A stretch of 54,383 nt of DNA, taken from IMG/VR virus record IMGVR_UViG_3300032282_004873, positions 1 to 54,383 of that record; one strand, written 5' to 3'. Shown in pieces: positions 16,780 through 27,539 of this stretch; the first letter of the stretch is position 1, and each line of letters starts with the position of its first letter. The DNA is from a virus (lineage: Duplodnaviria; Caudoviricetes). Under the pieces are notes generated by a model. The model saw only the letters and a list, made by a program, of their open reading frames with translations, made no database searches and was not told the origin of the DNA. The position numbers were made by a program, and so were the translations under genes.

Positions 16780-18068
16780 ACTTATCAAAACGTCAACAAT
16801 TAATAGAAAAAGTTAAGAACAAAATTCGTCCTATTGTTTTAGAACAAATGGAAGAAGGTGGTCTTGGTGGGCATATGGCTCACTTACATGAAGACCAAGG
16901 ATTAACTTTTGGTGAACTAAAAGCCATTTTTCATCAAGCAAGTAAAGGCAAGTTAGAGAGCGTTACGGAAAAGCTTGATGGTCAAAACATATTCTTTACT
17001 TTCAGCCCAACTGAAGGGTTAAGATTTGCTCGCAATACCGCCCACATTAAAACTAATGGCATCGGAGCAGATGAAATTGAAAGCCGTTGGGCGGATAAAC
17101 CAGCGGTAGCGGCTGCATTTGGAAAAGCTTTCAAAGTGTTATCTGCTTCTATCGCTTCATTACCTCAAGCAGATAGACAACAAATATTCAATGATGGGAA
17201 GATTTGGTATTCAGCGGAGATTGTTGGCACATTAAATCCGAATGTTATCAACTACGATCAAGATGCTGTTGTATTTCACGAGAGTGGCGCTGTCTATGAT
17301 GAAAATGGACAGCCGCTAAATGTTGACACAAGTGCAGCTTTTGCAAAACTTGTTAGTTCTGTTAATCGTATGCAAACTGCAATCAAAGATAGTGGCTGGA
17401 AAGTTCTTGGACCAGTTATGGTTCCATTACAAAAGCTTTCTAACAACGAGCCTCTAGAGGTCGCCGTTTCAGCTCTAAATGAAGTTATGAACAAGTATGG
17501 AATGTCAAATGACAATACACTTGCAGAAATGTTTGAAGAATATATTATCTCAGATAAACTGAAGGATATCGTTGCTGACGATGATACTAAATCATATATT
17601 GCAGAACTTGCTTCAGATTTTGACAACACAATAACAAGCAAGAAGCCGATATTGGCAGATTTGGTTAATGAAGGCTTAATTCAAAAAGAAGATTTGAAAA
17701 AGATTAGTTCTATTATTAAAGATGGTCTTGTTCTTTATACCGCATTTGTGGATCCGGTCAGAGAGATAGTTACAGAGTTTGCTGTTGACGTTTTAAAAGC
17801 GGTTCAAAGCTATCTCATAATAAATCCAAACGAAGAAATACAACGTTTACGTGACGAAGTTCAAAAAGCAATATCTACTATCCAACAAACCGGAACGGAA
17901 CATTCTAATCAAGTATTAGAAAAAGAACTTGGCAGATTGCATAACTTAGATAACATTACAAGTTCCATGGAAGGCATAGTTTTCAAATATAACGGGAAGC
18001 TATATAAGCTTACAGGAGCTTTTGCTCCAGTTAATCAAATACTTGGAATAGCTAAATACGGAAGATAA
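16776..18068 (+). CDS. ATP-dependent ligase/nucleotidyltransferase-fold protein (RNA ligase-like) with putative propeptide
   Basis: Motif I TEKLDG (KxDG), motif III SAEIV, motif IV MEGIVF, motif V YKLTG; N-terminal ..IVLEQMEE precedes GGLGGHMAHL. Confidence 0.6.
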   Translation: MNLSKRQQLIEKVKNKIRPIVLEQMEEGGLGGHMAHLHEDQGLTFGELKAIFHQASKGKLESVTEKLDGQNIFFTFSPTEGLRFARNTAHIKTNGIGADEIESRWADKPAVAAAFGKAFKVLSASIASLPQADRQQIFNDGKIWYSAEIVGTLNPNVINYDQDAVVFHESGAVYDENGQPLNVDTSAAFAKLVSSVNRMQTAIKDSGWKVLGPVMVPLQKLSNNEPLEVAVSALNEVMNKYGMSNDNTLAEMFEEYIISDKLKDIVADDDTKSYIAELASDFDNTITSKKPILADLVNEGLIQKEDLKKISSIIKDGLVLYTAFVDPVREIVTEFAVDVLKAVQSYLIINPNEEIQRLRDEVQKAISTIQQTGTEHSNQVLEKELGRLHNLDNITSSMEGIVFKYNGKLYKLTGAFAPVNQILGIAKYGR

Positions 18069-18111
18069 TATCTGTCCAACTCTATTCATTCTATAGATTT
18101 TGTTTTAGCTT

Positions 18112-18118
18112 ATATCTA
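18112..18118 (+). promoter_or_regulatory. candidate late promoter ATATCTA
   Basis: 6 nt upstream of ATG 18125, which has no clear SD. Confidence 0.5.
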
Positions 18119-18124
18119 TAGAGT

Positions 18125-19870
18125 ATGAGATTAGGAACAAATATAGCCAGACTATTGACTGGTGGTGGAAGTCTAAATTTACGTAGCGAAGCTCTACGAG
18201 CAACAATGACTAATGCAGAAATGCCTACTTTACTGAAGGCAGTTGTTTTAGATGTTGTTACTGATGTGTCCGTTATTGATTATGACTATATCGATAGAAT
18301 AAGTGCTATAGTAAACAATCCTGAGTTTGTGCCTTTGATGACTCCTAACTCTATTGTTGCAAGAATAGTTTCAAATAACGAAGGTACCAGCATTAACAAT
18401 ACAATGGTTTTCTTTCCATTGTTTTCTTCTCATTTCATGTTGCCTATCAGCCCAGGCGAACAAGTATATATTATATATGAAGATTTAGCAGGTACTGGAA
18501 ATAAACTTGGATATTGGATTGACCGCATACCAGGTTTTTCAACATTTGAAGACCCCAATTATACTCACTATGATAGACGTTTTGATCCAACTGGAAATCC
18601 TTTAAACTATACAACAAAAGATTTAGCAAACAGGAAGACAGAAAGCTCTCCGGAAACGTTTCAAAATGGAGGCGGAACTCCACAAACATATACAATAAGA
18701 AACAACGAAGAAGAGAGAGAGAATACCGATAACTCATCAGACTCGGCAAATCCGAATAAACTGGGAAGCAATGGACCAGATAACAATGTTTATAACAACA
18801 TATTTGACAAAGCTTTTGCCACTCCATTAATAACTCCCGAGCCGGTTCCTCGCTGGAAAAAACGACCACAAGAACTGGTTTTGCAAGGAACAAATAATGC
18901 TCTTATAGTAATAGGAGAGGATAGAAATGGTCCCATCTCTGGTGCATTAATTAATCCTCCAGTTGATATAACAAAACAAGGACGTGCGCCTCGTTATGCT
19001 GGTGCTATTGATCTTGTAGTTGGTAGAGGACGTTATTTCCCTGCGATTGGAGAGAATCCAAAAAATTCTGGAACAACAAATCCGCCGGGTGAACTTTCTA
19101 CTGCGCCATTAATCGTAGATAATACACGTGGATTTCTAGAGACGGATAAGAATCCATTTAGAACCAGTAGAGAAAACATTGCTAATCCGAATGAGGGCAA
19201 TCCAAGCCCGATATATGATGCTGCTCGTATATACGTGGTTCAACAAAGCCGAGTTGACGAAAATTATAAGTTAATACCGAGCGATAATGGTGGTATTGAA
19301 TATCCAGATGGAACTATACCGAATGAGCAGCCGCCTGAGAATGGTTTTATTGGTAGAAGTTATGTTGTAGCGAAAGCTGACCATTTGCGTTTAATTGCCA
19401 GAAGAGAACCGCAAATTGGTGATGAAGAAAACATTGCCGGAACCGTTCTCATAATGCGAGAGGGAAATAAAAATACGTATACGCCTACTGACAGCGTAGA
19501 TCCGGAAAGTGACCCAGATGGCAACTTGGCTTACATCTATATTGATAAGTTAGGTAGAATTCAAGTAGAAGCAAACAGAATATATCTTGGACAAGCTACC
19601 GGAGAAGCACAACCATATATCAGGTATGCAGCATATGAAAATACAATTAAAAAACTGCAAGGCGAGATAGATGATTTGAGACAATTCGTTAAAAATTTCC
19701 ATGATACGGTTAAAAGTGGTTTCCAATCAGCATCTACCACTCCAACTGCTCCTTACTCACCAATAACAAGTTTGGTTGCTTCATACGCACAAATATCAAC
19801 ACAAACGGTTCCATCAGCGCCAAATGTAGAAATTGATAAAGCAAAGTCAAAGAAGGTTTTTGGAGAATAG
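18125..19870 (+). CDS. baseplate hub/spike protein, gp5-like
   Basis: N-terminal OB-fold-like FPL...LP..PGEQVYII...YW; C-terminal IYLG....QP and KSKKVF; lies just before gp25- and gp6-like genes. Confidence 0.55.
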   Translation: MRLGTNIARLLTGGGSLNLRSEALRATMTNAEMPTLLKAVVLDVVTDVSVIDYDYIDRISAIVNNPEFVPLMTPNSIVARIVSNNEGTSINNTMVFFPLFSSHFMLPISPGEQVYIIYEDLAGTGNKLGYWIDRIPGFSTFEDPNYTHYDRRFDPTGNPLNYTTKDLANRKTESSPETFQNGGGTPQTYTIRNNEEERENTDNSSDSANPNKLGSNGPDNNVYNNIFDKAFATPLITPEPVPRWKKRPQELVLQGTNNALIVIGEDRNGPISGALINPPVDITKQGRAPRYAGAIDLVVGRGRYFPAIGENPKNSGTTNPPGELSTAPLIVDNTRGFLETDKNPFRTSRENIANPNEGNPSPIYDAARIYVVQQSRVDENYKLIPSDNGGIEYPDGTIPNEQPPENGFIGRSYVVAKADHLRLIARREPQIGDEENIAGTVLIMREGNKNTYTPTDSVDPESDPDGNLAYIYIDKLGRIQVEANRIYLGQATGEAQPYIRYAAYENTIKKLQGEIDDLRQFVKNFHDTVKSGFQSASTTPTAPYSPITSLVASYAQISTQTVPSAPNVEIDKAKSKKVFGE

Positions 19871-19871
19871 T

Positions 19872-20141
19872 ATGTCAAAGGCAAAATTAAAAGCAGCAAT
19901 AAAGAATGCATTTGTAAAACAACAAAATCCAAGCTCAACTGATTCTGCTCTTGAAGGTGTTTCAAATGATATATCTGATGCAATATATGATTATGTTGTT
20001 GAAGAATTGGAGGAGTTAAAAAAGAAACTGTTGGATCCTGGGGCATTTACTTCTACGCCTGCCGAAACCTCTGGAGAGGGAACTGCTACTAATTCTATAA
20101 CACCAGGAACTATAACAACTTATAAGCCTGGTATTTCATAG
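19872..20141 (+). CDS. small hypothetical virion protein
   Basis: ATG 1 nt after the upstream TAG; LKAAIKNAF...ISDAIYDYV; inside the baseplate block. Confidence 0.65.
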   Translation: MSKAKLKAAIKNAFVKQQNPSSTDSALEGVSNDISDAIYDYVVEELEELKKKLLDPGAFTSTPAETSGEGTATNSITPGTITTYKPGIS

Positions 20142-20147
20142 TTCTGT

Positions 20148-20154
20148 ATATTTA
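20148..20154 (+). promoter_or_regulatory. candidate late promoter ATATTTA
   Basis: 7 nt upstream of ATG 20162, no SD. Confidence 0.5.
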
Positions 20155-20161
20155 AATCAGT

Positions 20162-20632
20162 ATGGCAATACTATCTTTTAAAGATGTTGGAGTAATCTCC
20201 AATCAAAATAATCTTGCGGCAAATGCCGCAGATAATGTATTGCCAATTGGATTCAAGACTCCTTTAGAGACTGACGATGGTAGCTCTATATTTAAAATGC
20301 ACTATAACTTAGCTGACCAGATAACTGATAATCTTAGAAACCTAATATTAACAAATCACGGAGAACGTTTGGCATTTTATGATTTTGGCGCAAACATCAG
20401 ACCTTTGCTCACAGACTTTACAAATAAAGACAACTTTGATGCAGAGGCAATGGCTAGAATAAAGAAAGCTGCGACAAAATATATGCCTTTTGTTGAGCTA
20501 ATCGGTTTTGAATCAAACATTGATCGTCTAGAAAACGTATATACCGGGATTATAAAAATATTAATAATTTATAAGTCACAATTGGCAAATATTGGAGAAA
20601 CCGGTTTAGAGATAACATTATTTATAACCTGA
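20162..20632 (+). CDS. baseplate wedge subunit, T4 gp25-like (sheath initiator)
   Basis: QI.DNLRNLILTNHGERL...DFGANI...YMPFV, the gp25/GPW signature. Confidence 0.85.
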   Translation: MAILSFKDVGVISNQNNLAANAADNVLPIGFKTPLETDDGSSIFKMHYNLADQITDNLRNLILTNHGERLAFYDFGANIRPLLTDFTNKDNFDAEAMARIKKAATKYMPFVELIGFESNIDRLENVYTGIIKILIIYKSQLANIGETGLEITLFIT

Positions 20633-20636
20633 TATT

Positions 20637-22475
20637 ATGGCAACAGATACAAAAAAACAAGTTCTTAAGCAAATGAGGCAGCGCCGATATCTTAATAAAG
20701 ATTTTGACGGCTTACGCAATGATTTGTTAGATTATGCAAGAACTTACTTCCCAGACAGAATTCAAGATTTTTCTGAAGCCAGTTTGGGAGGTTTGTTGTT
20801 GGATTTAGCTGCTTATGTTGGTGACGTACAAAGCTTCTATCTAGATCATCAGTTCTTTGAAAATTTTCCAGAGAGCTCGATTGAAAACAATAACATAGAA
20901 AGACACTTGAGAAAAGCTGGAGTTCCAATCGTTGGGGCGGCCCCATCAGTTGTTTCTGTAACATTTTTTATAAGAGTACCATCTCTTCAGAATGGTACTG
21001 CTCCAGACGCAGACGCATTACCTATTATTAAAAAAGGTACAATCGTTCGTGCAGGCAACTCTACAGAATTTGAACTAATAGAAGACGTTGATTTTACAAA
21101 GAGAAAAGTTGATGGAAGCTTGCAAGCAACTGTCAATGTTGGTCTTACCAATCAAAATAATGTCCCGCAGAATTTCATTCTCACATTAGACGGACTATGC
21201 ATCTCTGGCAAAACAACAATAGAAACGTTTACATTAGGCAGCTTCGTCCCATACAGATCAATCAGCCTTCAAAATCCTAATGTCACAGACATTGTTAATG
21301 TTGTTGACGGATTAGGTAACGTATACTATGAAGTTGATTATCTTACTCAAGACACCGTATATAAGGGAGTTAGCAACGTAGGATATGATTCTCAATCCGT
21401 ATCTGAAAATATAGTGCCAGTTCCTGCTCCATATAGATTTATTAAAAACACTTCATTGCAAACCAGATTGACTAGCTTAATCTTTGGTGGCGGTTCAGCA
21501 GATAGTCTTAATGATGATGCCATTCCGGATCCAAGTGACTTTGCTTTGCCTTTGTATGGCAAAACTACATTCTCTAAATTCTCCATTAACCCAGGAAATC
21601 TATTGAGAACTTCTACTTTAGGTACTACAGCTCAAAACACCACCTTAAGCATAACCTATCGCTTTGGTGGCGGATTAGCAAATAACGTAGAAGCTGGTAC
21701 GATTAATTTCATTACCAATCTAATAATGATTTTCCCAAATAATCCAAATTCTTCTGTTAGTGCTTTCGTTAGAAACTCAACAGATGTAACCAATAGATAT
21801 TCTGCTTCTGGAGGCGATGAAGCTCCAACAACAGAGGAACTGAAAGCAAAGATACCTGCTTATACAGCAACTCAAAATCGTATCGTTACAAAAGAAGATC
21901 TTATTGCGAGAGTATATACTTTGCCATCAAACTTTGGACGTGTATTCAGAGCCGCAATTCGTTCAAATCCAAACAATCCATTGGCATCTCAATTGTTTGT
22001 CATATGCAGAAATTCTCAAAATCAACTAGCTTATGCTTCTGATACCTTGAAGAAAAACTTGTCCACTTATCTTAATGAATACCGACTAATATCTGACGCA
22101 ATTGACATCTTAGATGTAAAAGTAATTAATATTAACGTTAAATTTTCAATTGTTGTTGACCCTACTCAAAATAAAGAACTCGTATTACGTAACGTTTTGA
22201 ACAACGTTAAAAACTATTTCAGTATAAATAATTTTGACATTGAACAGCCGTTAATACATAACGATATTCAGAACATTATTTTCAATACTCTTGGAGTAAC
22301 TTCTGTTGTTGGGTTAGAAATAGGAAATGTATACAATACCGTTAACAATAGAGTTTATTCAAGTCAGGTATATGACATAAAAGGAAATACATATAGAGGA
22401 ATTGTGTTTGGTCCACCAGGTTCTATGTTTGAACTCAGATATCCGGATTACGACATAACAGGAACAGCAGTATAA
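20637..22475 (+). CDS. baseplate wedge subunit, T4 gp6 / baseplate J-like
   Basis: YLNKDF..LR..L..YA..YFPD...DFSEAS.G..LLDLAAYVGD..SFYLD; GGDE...EE....QNR.VTKED. Confidence 0.88.
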   Translation: MATDTKKQVLKQMRQRRYLNKDFDGLRNDLLDYARTYFPDRIQDFSEASLGGLLLDLAAYVGDVQSFYLDHQFFENFPESSIENNNIERHLRKAGVPIVGAAPSVVSVTFFIRVPSLQNGTAPDADALPIIKKGTIVRAGNSTEFELIEDVDFTKRKVDGSLQATVNVGLTNQNNVPQNFILTLDGLCISGKTTIETFTLGSFVPYRSISLQNPNVTDIVNVVDGLGNVYYEVDYLTQDTVYKGVSNVGYDSQSVSENIVPVPAPYRFIKNTSLQTRLTSLIFGGGSADSLNDDAIPDPSDFALPLYGKTTFSKFSINPGNLLRTSTLGTTAQNTTLSITYRFGGGLANNVEAGTINFITNLIMIFPNNPNSSVSAFVRNSTDVTNRYSASGGDEAPTTEELKAKIPAYTATQNRIVTKEDLIARVYTLPSNFGRVFRAAIRSNPNNPLASQLFVICRNSQNQLAYASDTLKKNLSTYLNEYRLISDAIDILDVKVININVKFSIVVDPTQNKELVLRNVLNNVKNYFSINNFDIEQPLIHNDIQNIIFNTLGVTSVVGLEIGNVYNTVNNRVYSSQVYDIKGNTYRGIVFGPPGSMFELRYPDYDITGTAV

Positions 22476-22484
22476 GGTTAACTT

Positions 22485-24074
22485 ATGTATAGAATATTAA
22501 CAGCAAGCAAAGACACATATATAACTAACAAATATATTGCTGGTCAACGTTGTATAACATCTAACGTGGGTCAAGCAGCTACTCTTGATCTATTCAAACT
22601 TTATGATGAAACTACTGTATTAAGTGGTACAACTGTAATTTCTGGAGTCTTAGAACTAACAAGGTTTTTACTTCAGTTTGATTACGAACTATTACAACAA
22701 ACAACTGCTTCATTTCTTAATATTGATGACCCAAGCTTCAAAGCATACGTCTCTCTCAAAGACGTATACGGCGGTCAAACTACCCCTTCAAACTTTTCTA
22801 TAAGGCTTATACCGCTTGCTCAAGATTGGGATGAAGGCAGGGGTCTAGACGTTGTAGCATTTCGTGATTTAGATACAGCAAACTTTCTTACTGCTTCCGT
22901 AGTAACAGGAACTCCAAATGTATGGTTCTTATCCGGGGCAGCAGAGAGCGGGTCGATCGGCGATTCAAATATTGATATAATAGTTTCTGGTAATCTCGGT
23001 GCTGGATTGCAAGATTTAACAGTCACTCAGCAGTTTGCTCGTGGTGATGAAAATCTTTATATGGATGTTACTACTCTTGTTAGTTCAGCCATGGCAGGTG
23101 ATTTACCAAATTATGGCTGGAGATTGTCTTTCATTGATGCCCAAGAAGAAGACAATGTAACACGTTTCGTTAAGAGATTTGGTTCACGACACGCTAACAA
23201 TGCAGACCTTCATCCACAGCTTATAATCAAATATAATGATCAGATAAGAGATGATATGGGAAATACTCTATTTAATGTTTCCCAAAGTTTATTTACATTT
23301 AATCGTGTTAATGGTGGATATCAAAATTATTTCTCTGGTAGTACAGAGATAACCGGCTCAGATAGCTTGTTATTAAATCTATATGGCGAGAAGTATCTCA
23401 CATATTATACTTCCAGCTTCTCTCTTTCTCATAGCGCCAGCATTAATCATTTAACCCGTAGTCTTTATTCTATAACTCAGAGTTTTTCTGGTAGTCAGTA
23501 TCTAATTGGTAGCGTTCCACAACCAGGTATTTACTACGCAGATGTTAACTTGAATACGGTAGAAAATACCGTGCTTAAAGACTTCCTAACCGGCTCCACT
23601 TCTCAGGAGTTTACCTACGCCTGGACCAGCTTAGATGGCACGCTCACGTATGCTTCTGGCAAGACCCTCTACAAGCTCCCACAAGGCTCTATAAGCAACG
23701 TAGAAGAGAAGAACTGGGTAGTCAACATAACCAACCTTAAACAAGAGTATAAGGGCTCTGAGCAGGCAAGATTGCGTATCTTTGCATTAGATTACAACAC
23801 AGAGCAATCTGCCAGCAGATTACCATTGCAACCAAAGAGCGTTGTTTTGGAAAATCTAAAATGGAGATTGATTAACGCTTATTCTCGTAAGGTTATTGTC
23901 CCATTTGATGATGTGGCAACAGTTTGTTCATATGACGCCGAGGGAATGTATTTTGACCTCTGGATGCAGGATTTTGCCAAGGGCGAAGTTTATGAACTTG
24001 AATTGATGATTACTTATGGTGGTAAGGATTACTTCATTAGTAATAACGGATTCCGATTCAAGGTGATGCCATAA
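22485..24074 (+). CDS. virion structural protein (baseplate-associated, beta-rich)
   Basis: ASKDTYIT...N.G...RFLLQFD, WDEG.G, MDVT..V, NYG; directly follows the gp6-like gene; rich in S/T-G/A/S-S/T. Confidence 0.65.
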   Translation: MYRILTASKDTYITNKYIAGQRCITSNVGQAATLDLFKLYDETTVLSGTTVISGVLELTRFLLQFDYELLQQTTASFLNIDDPSFKAYVSLKDVYGGQTTPSNFSIRLIPLAQDWDEGRGLDVVAFRDLDTANFLTASVVTGTPNVWFLSGAAESGSIGDSNIDIIVSGNLGAGLQDLTVTQQFARGDENLYMDVTTLVSSAMAGDLPNYGWRLSFIDAQEEDNVTRFVKRFGSRHANNADLHPQLIIKYNDQIRDDMGNTLFNVSQSLFTFNRVNGGYQNYFSGSTEITGSDSLLLNLYGEKYLTYYTSSFSLSHSASINHLTRSLYSITQSFSGSQYLIGSVPQPGIYYADVNLNTVENTVLKDFLTGSTSQEFTYAWTSLDGTLTYASGKTLYKLPQGSISNVEEKNWVVNITNLKQEYKGSEQARLRIFALDYNTEQSASRLPLQPKSVVLENLKWRLINAYSRKVIVPFDDVATVCSYDAEGMYFDLWMQDFAKGEVYELELMITYGGKDYFISNNGFRFKVMP

Positions 24075-27000
24075 TGCCTATTGATAATACAAATAGCTTA
24101 ACAAGAGGAACACCGGGTTTATTCACTCCAACGGTCGTTAGATCATTAGAAGAGCCCAGTAATGAATCTATTAGTTTGAGTTTATCAACTCCAGCAATAT
24201 CAATAGAAAGCTCTATTGATAACACGTCGTCTTTTAAATACAACTTGCCAAATACTGGGTTGCGTTCAACTCAGCAATTAAAAGTTGATTGGTCAGACTT
24301 TTCAAATCACACCTTTTTCAATTCGGCACAAGTAAAAGTTAACGTTGCTTTTGATAAAATATTAAACGGATATCCGTTTGATGGAAATCAAGGCTCAACA
24401 GAAACGTTCTTAGACTCTTTAACAGGTTTTGAAAAATATATTTACGACAGATATCCAAAGTCTCAAAACTATTTGTTTTTGTCTGGTACTAATAGCGGAT
24501 ATGAAGCTGCTGGAGGTACATATATTACCATCGTGGACAAAGCAGGTGCTGCTTATACAGATATGTCCACAAATACAAGCGGGAAATCGGTTATTAATCC
24601 AAAACTCAATCCAATGACATTTGAATACTGGATTAATATACCAGCGATGGCTAATGATAATCAAGTTATATTAGATAAACATACCGGTTCATTAGGATTT
24701 GCTATTGTGCTTAATTCAACAGCACTTACCACTTATGCAACCAGTTCCATATACATCGTTTCTGCTTCTTCCGTTGAAACTACACAGGTCATATTTCCAA
24801 AAAATCAATGGAACCATATTGCCTGGGCATGGAATAGAACACCAGGATATAACGGAATAACAACTTATCTAAACGGAAAACCATATGGTACCAGTTCTAT
24901 ACCGGTAGAGTTTGATATCATCGATGTTGTTAGCAATATGTATATTGGTTCTGGCAGTTCCATTGCTGGATTTACCCCGACTAATACTTTGTCTGGCGCA
25001 TTGGATGAATTACGAATCTGGCATTCGGTACGTACTGCAAATGAAATATATCAAAATTATCAAAAGTCTGTATTTGCAAATCCGAACTTGAAAGCTTATT
25101 ATAAGTTTAATGAGCCTTCTGGCAGTATGTCACAAGTTACTATTGATGCATCTTCTAATAGCTTGCATGGAAACTTAAATTATTACGCATACTCAATATT
25201 GAATGTACGCAATATATTAACTGCAACATTGTGGTCCGGAAATAGTCCTGTAATATATGAGAATATTAATTTTTGCCCAAATCTATTTCCAAATCATCCA
25301 GACGTTGTAACTTATAGAACTAGCTTCTATAATAGTGCCAGCATATATGACTATGAAAATCCGAATCTTATAACTAAGATAATCCCAAAGCATTATCTGT
25401 ATGAGGGACAAGTTCAAGATTCTTTAGAGACTGAAGAGGGAGCAATTGTTAACTCCTTGACTTCTGGTACTGATCCACGATCTACTAGATTAGGCGGCAC
25501 ACAAACACTTCTTCTATTGTTGTATACGTGGGCTAAGTTCTTTGATGAAATGAAGCTATACACGCAGGCTTTTTCTGACATTAATTTCGTTGATTATAAT
25601 GAAACTGATACCGTGCCAGATCAGTTTTTACAGAAACTAGCTGAGAGTCAAGGACTTGATTTGCCACCTCTTTGGACCGGCGCTTCAATTGATCAGTTTA
25701 TTAATGCACAAAACTACGGCGACACTCCAGATTCAAACAACGTTTCTTTGCAATTTGTTCAAAATCAAATATGGAGACGCATATTAATAAATCTTCGTGA
25801 TATTGTAACTGCCAAAGGAACGGTATATGCCGTAAAAGCTTTCATCAGAGCAATCGGCATTGACCCAGACAACAACTTTAGAATTAGAGAATACGGCGGT
25901 CCTACTAGTCAAAATCTCGGATTCGTAAGAGATAAAAGAAACGAAGTATCAAGCATATTAACTTTTATTTCCGGTGGTTTGCTTCAGAGTCCATTCTTAT
26001 CTGGCAGCAGAGTTGAGCCAGGATATCCAGAGATGGCAGGCACTTCAAATGATGGACTTTTCACTTCAGGCTCTTGGACATATGAAGCTACCTACAAGCA
26101 TCCATTGAACAGAGTCTATTCGTCCAATGAAAGCTTAGTTCGTTTCATGGCTACTGGCAGTAGTTTTACTTCTAGTGGTGCTCTTGTGGCAAACTTAATA
26201 GCATATTCTGGAAGCTATTCCTATCCGGTTTCAACTACCAGTTCTTTGACCTTGTATGTTCGTCCTAACTCAAATGTCAGTTCACCATACATCGCTCTTT
26301 ACCTTTCTGGCGTGGACATATTTGATGGCGACAAATGGTATATATCATTTGGCAAAAGACGAAATGATGATGACTTAGATTCTGCAATATCTAGTTCATA
26401 TTTCTTACGTGTCGCAAAAAATATTAATGGAGACATATATTCATTAACGACTACCAGTTCTTGGTTTAATGATTATGCTGGTGGCGGTATTAACGTATGG
26501 AACCAAAAATCTGCTACCCTAAACAGCAGCGGCTCTTACTTTGTAATTGGTTCTGGCTCTATTGATACTAGCGTGACTAGCTTCTTAAACGATTCATCTG
26601 TGGCACCAAGTAAAGCCAGAGAAACGAAGTTTAACGGAGACGTGTCATATGTCAGATTTTGGAGCAAATACTTGAATGATGATGAGTTCTTAGAGCATAT
26701 AAGAAACGTTAAATCTTTGGGCGTCCAAGACCCACTTACAAATTTTAATTTCGTTACTTATAAGAGCAGTTCATGGGAGCGTTTGCGTATTGATGCCAAT
26801 ACTGATCAAATTGTTACCCAATCAAATACTTTGGGAAATCTAGATATATTTGATTTCTCTCAAAACAACTTGCACTTATCTGCAACTCAGTTCCCGACCA
26901 GTAGTCAAATTATCAATCCGGAACGTTACTATTACAGCTACATATCTCCAAAGATTGATGAAGCTAGCACGACCAATAAAATACGTATACGTTCTTTTGA

Positions 27001-27508
27001 GCAATTTGAAAATGTTCAACAAACACCTTGGGCACAAGTTACTCCAGTATTTGAGATTCCAAGGTTTGAAGAACCAACAGATAGCACCAAATTTACAATT
27101 GATTTCAGTATTGTAGATGCACTAAATCAAGACATTATATCAATATTTTCAACATTAGATGATTTAGACAATATATTAGGAAATCCGGAACTAGTTTTTT
27201 CACCGGATTACCCTGGATTAGAAAATCTAAGAAACGTTTACTTCAATCGTTTAACAGATAAAATTAACTTGAAAAACTTCTTTGACTTCTTCCAATGGTT
27301 TGATACAAATATTGGTACATTCGTTGCTCAATTGATTCCAAAAAAGACTAAGTTTTATGGCACCAATTTCGTTATTGAAAGCCATATGATTGAGCGACCA
27401 AAGTTCCAATATCTTTTTGAAGAAATATATCTTGGCGATAGTAGTCGCAGTTCGTTGAGAGATACGATACTTCTTCAGTTATTTGTTGCCAAATTTGTAA
27501 GATACTAG
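24074..27508 (+). CDS. large baseplate wedge protein with LamG/ConA-like domain (gp7-like)
   Basis: LamG pattern TFEYWI...WNHIA...YLNG...IG...GALDELRIW..VRT; KGT..AVKAFIRAIGI motif typical of gp7/P2 gpI-like proteins. Confidence 0.7.
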   Translation: MPIDNTNSLTRGTPGLFTPTVVRSLEEPSNESISLSLSTPAISIESSIDNTSSFKYNLPNTGLRSTQQLKVDWSDFSNHTFFNSAQVKVNVAFDKILNGYPFDGNQGSTETFLDSLTGFEKYIYDRYPKSQNYLFLSGTNSGYEAAGGTYITIVDKAGAAYTDMSTNTSGKSVINPKLNPMTFEYWINIPAMANDNQVILDKHTGSLGFAIVLNSTALTTYATSSIYIVSASSVETTQVIFPKNQWNHIAWAWNRTPGYNGITTYLNGKPYGTSSIPVEFDIIDVVSNMYIGSGSSIAGFTPTNTLSGALDELRIWHSVRTANEIYQNYQKSVFANPNLKAYYKFNEPSGSMSQVTIDASSNSLHGNLNYYAYSILNVRNILTATLWSGNSPVIYENINFCPNLFPNHPDVVTYRTSFYNSASIYDYENPNLITKIIPKHYLYEGQVQDSLETEEGAIVNSLTSGTDPRSTRLGGTQTLLLLLYTWAKFFDEMKLYTQAFSDINFVDYNETDTVPDQFLQKLAESQGLDLPPLWTGASIDQFINAQNYGDTPDSNNVSLQFVQNQIWRRILINLRDIVTAKGTVYAVKAFIRAIGIDPDNNFRIREYGGPTSQNLGFVRDKRNEVSSILTFISGGLLQSPFLSGSRVEPGYPEMAGTSNDGLFTSGSWTYEATYKHPLNRVYSSNESLVRFMATGSSFTSSGALVANLIAYSGSYSYPVSTTSSLTLYVRPNSNVSSPYIALYLSGVDIFDGDKWYISFGKRRNDDDLDSAISSSYFLRVAKNINGDIYSLTTTSSWFNDYAGGGINVWNQKSATLNSSGSYFVIGSGSIDTSVTSFLNDSSVAPSKARETKFNGDVSYVRFWSKYLNDDEFLEHIRNVKSLGVQDPLTNFNFVTYKSSSWERLRIDANTDQIVTQSNTLGNLDIFDFSQNNLHLSATQFPTSSQIINPERYYYSYISPKIDEASTTNKIRIRSFEQFENVQQTPWAQVTPVFEIPRFEEPTDSTKFTIDFSIVDALNQDIISIFSTLDDLDNILGNPELVFSPDYPGLENLRNVYFNRLTDKINLKNFFDFFQWFDTNIGTFVAQLIPKKTKFYGTNFVIESHMIERPKFQYLFEEIYLGDSSRSSLRDTILLQLFVAKFVRY

Positions 27509-27523
27509 TTTTTCAACAATAAC

Positions 27524-27530
27524 ATATCTA
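27524..27530 (+). promoter_or_regulatory. candidate late promoter ATATCTA
   Basis: 9 nt upstream of ATG 27540, no SD. Confidence 0.45.
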
Positions 27531-27539
27531 TAATAGAAT

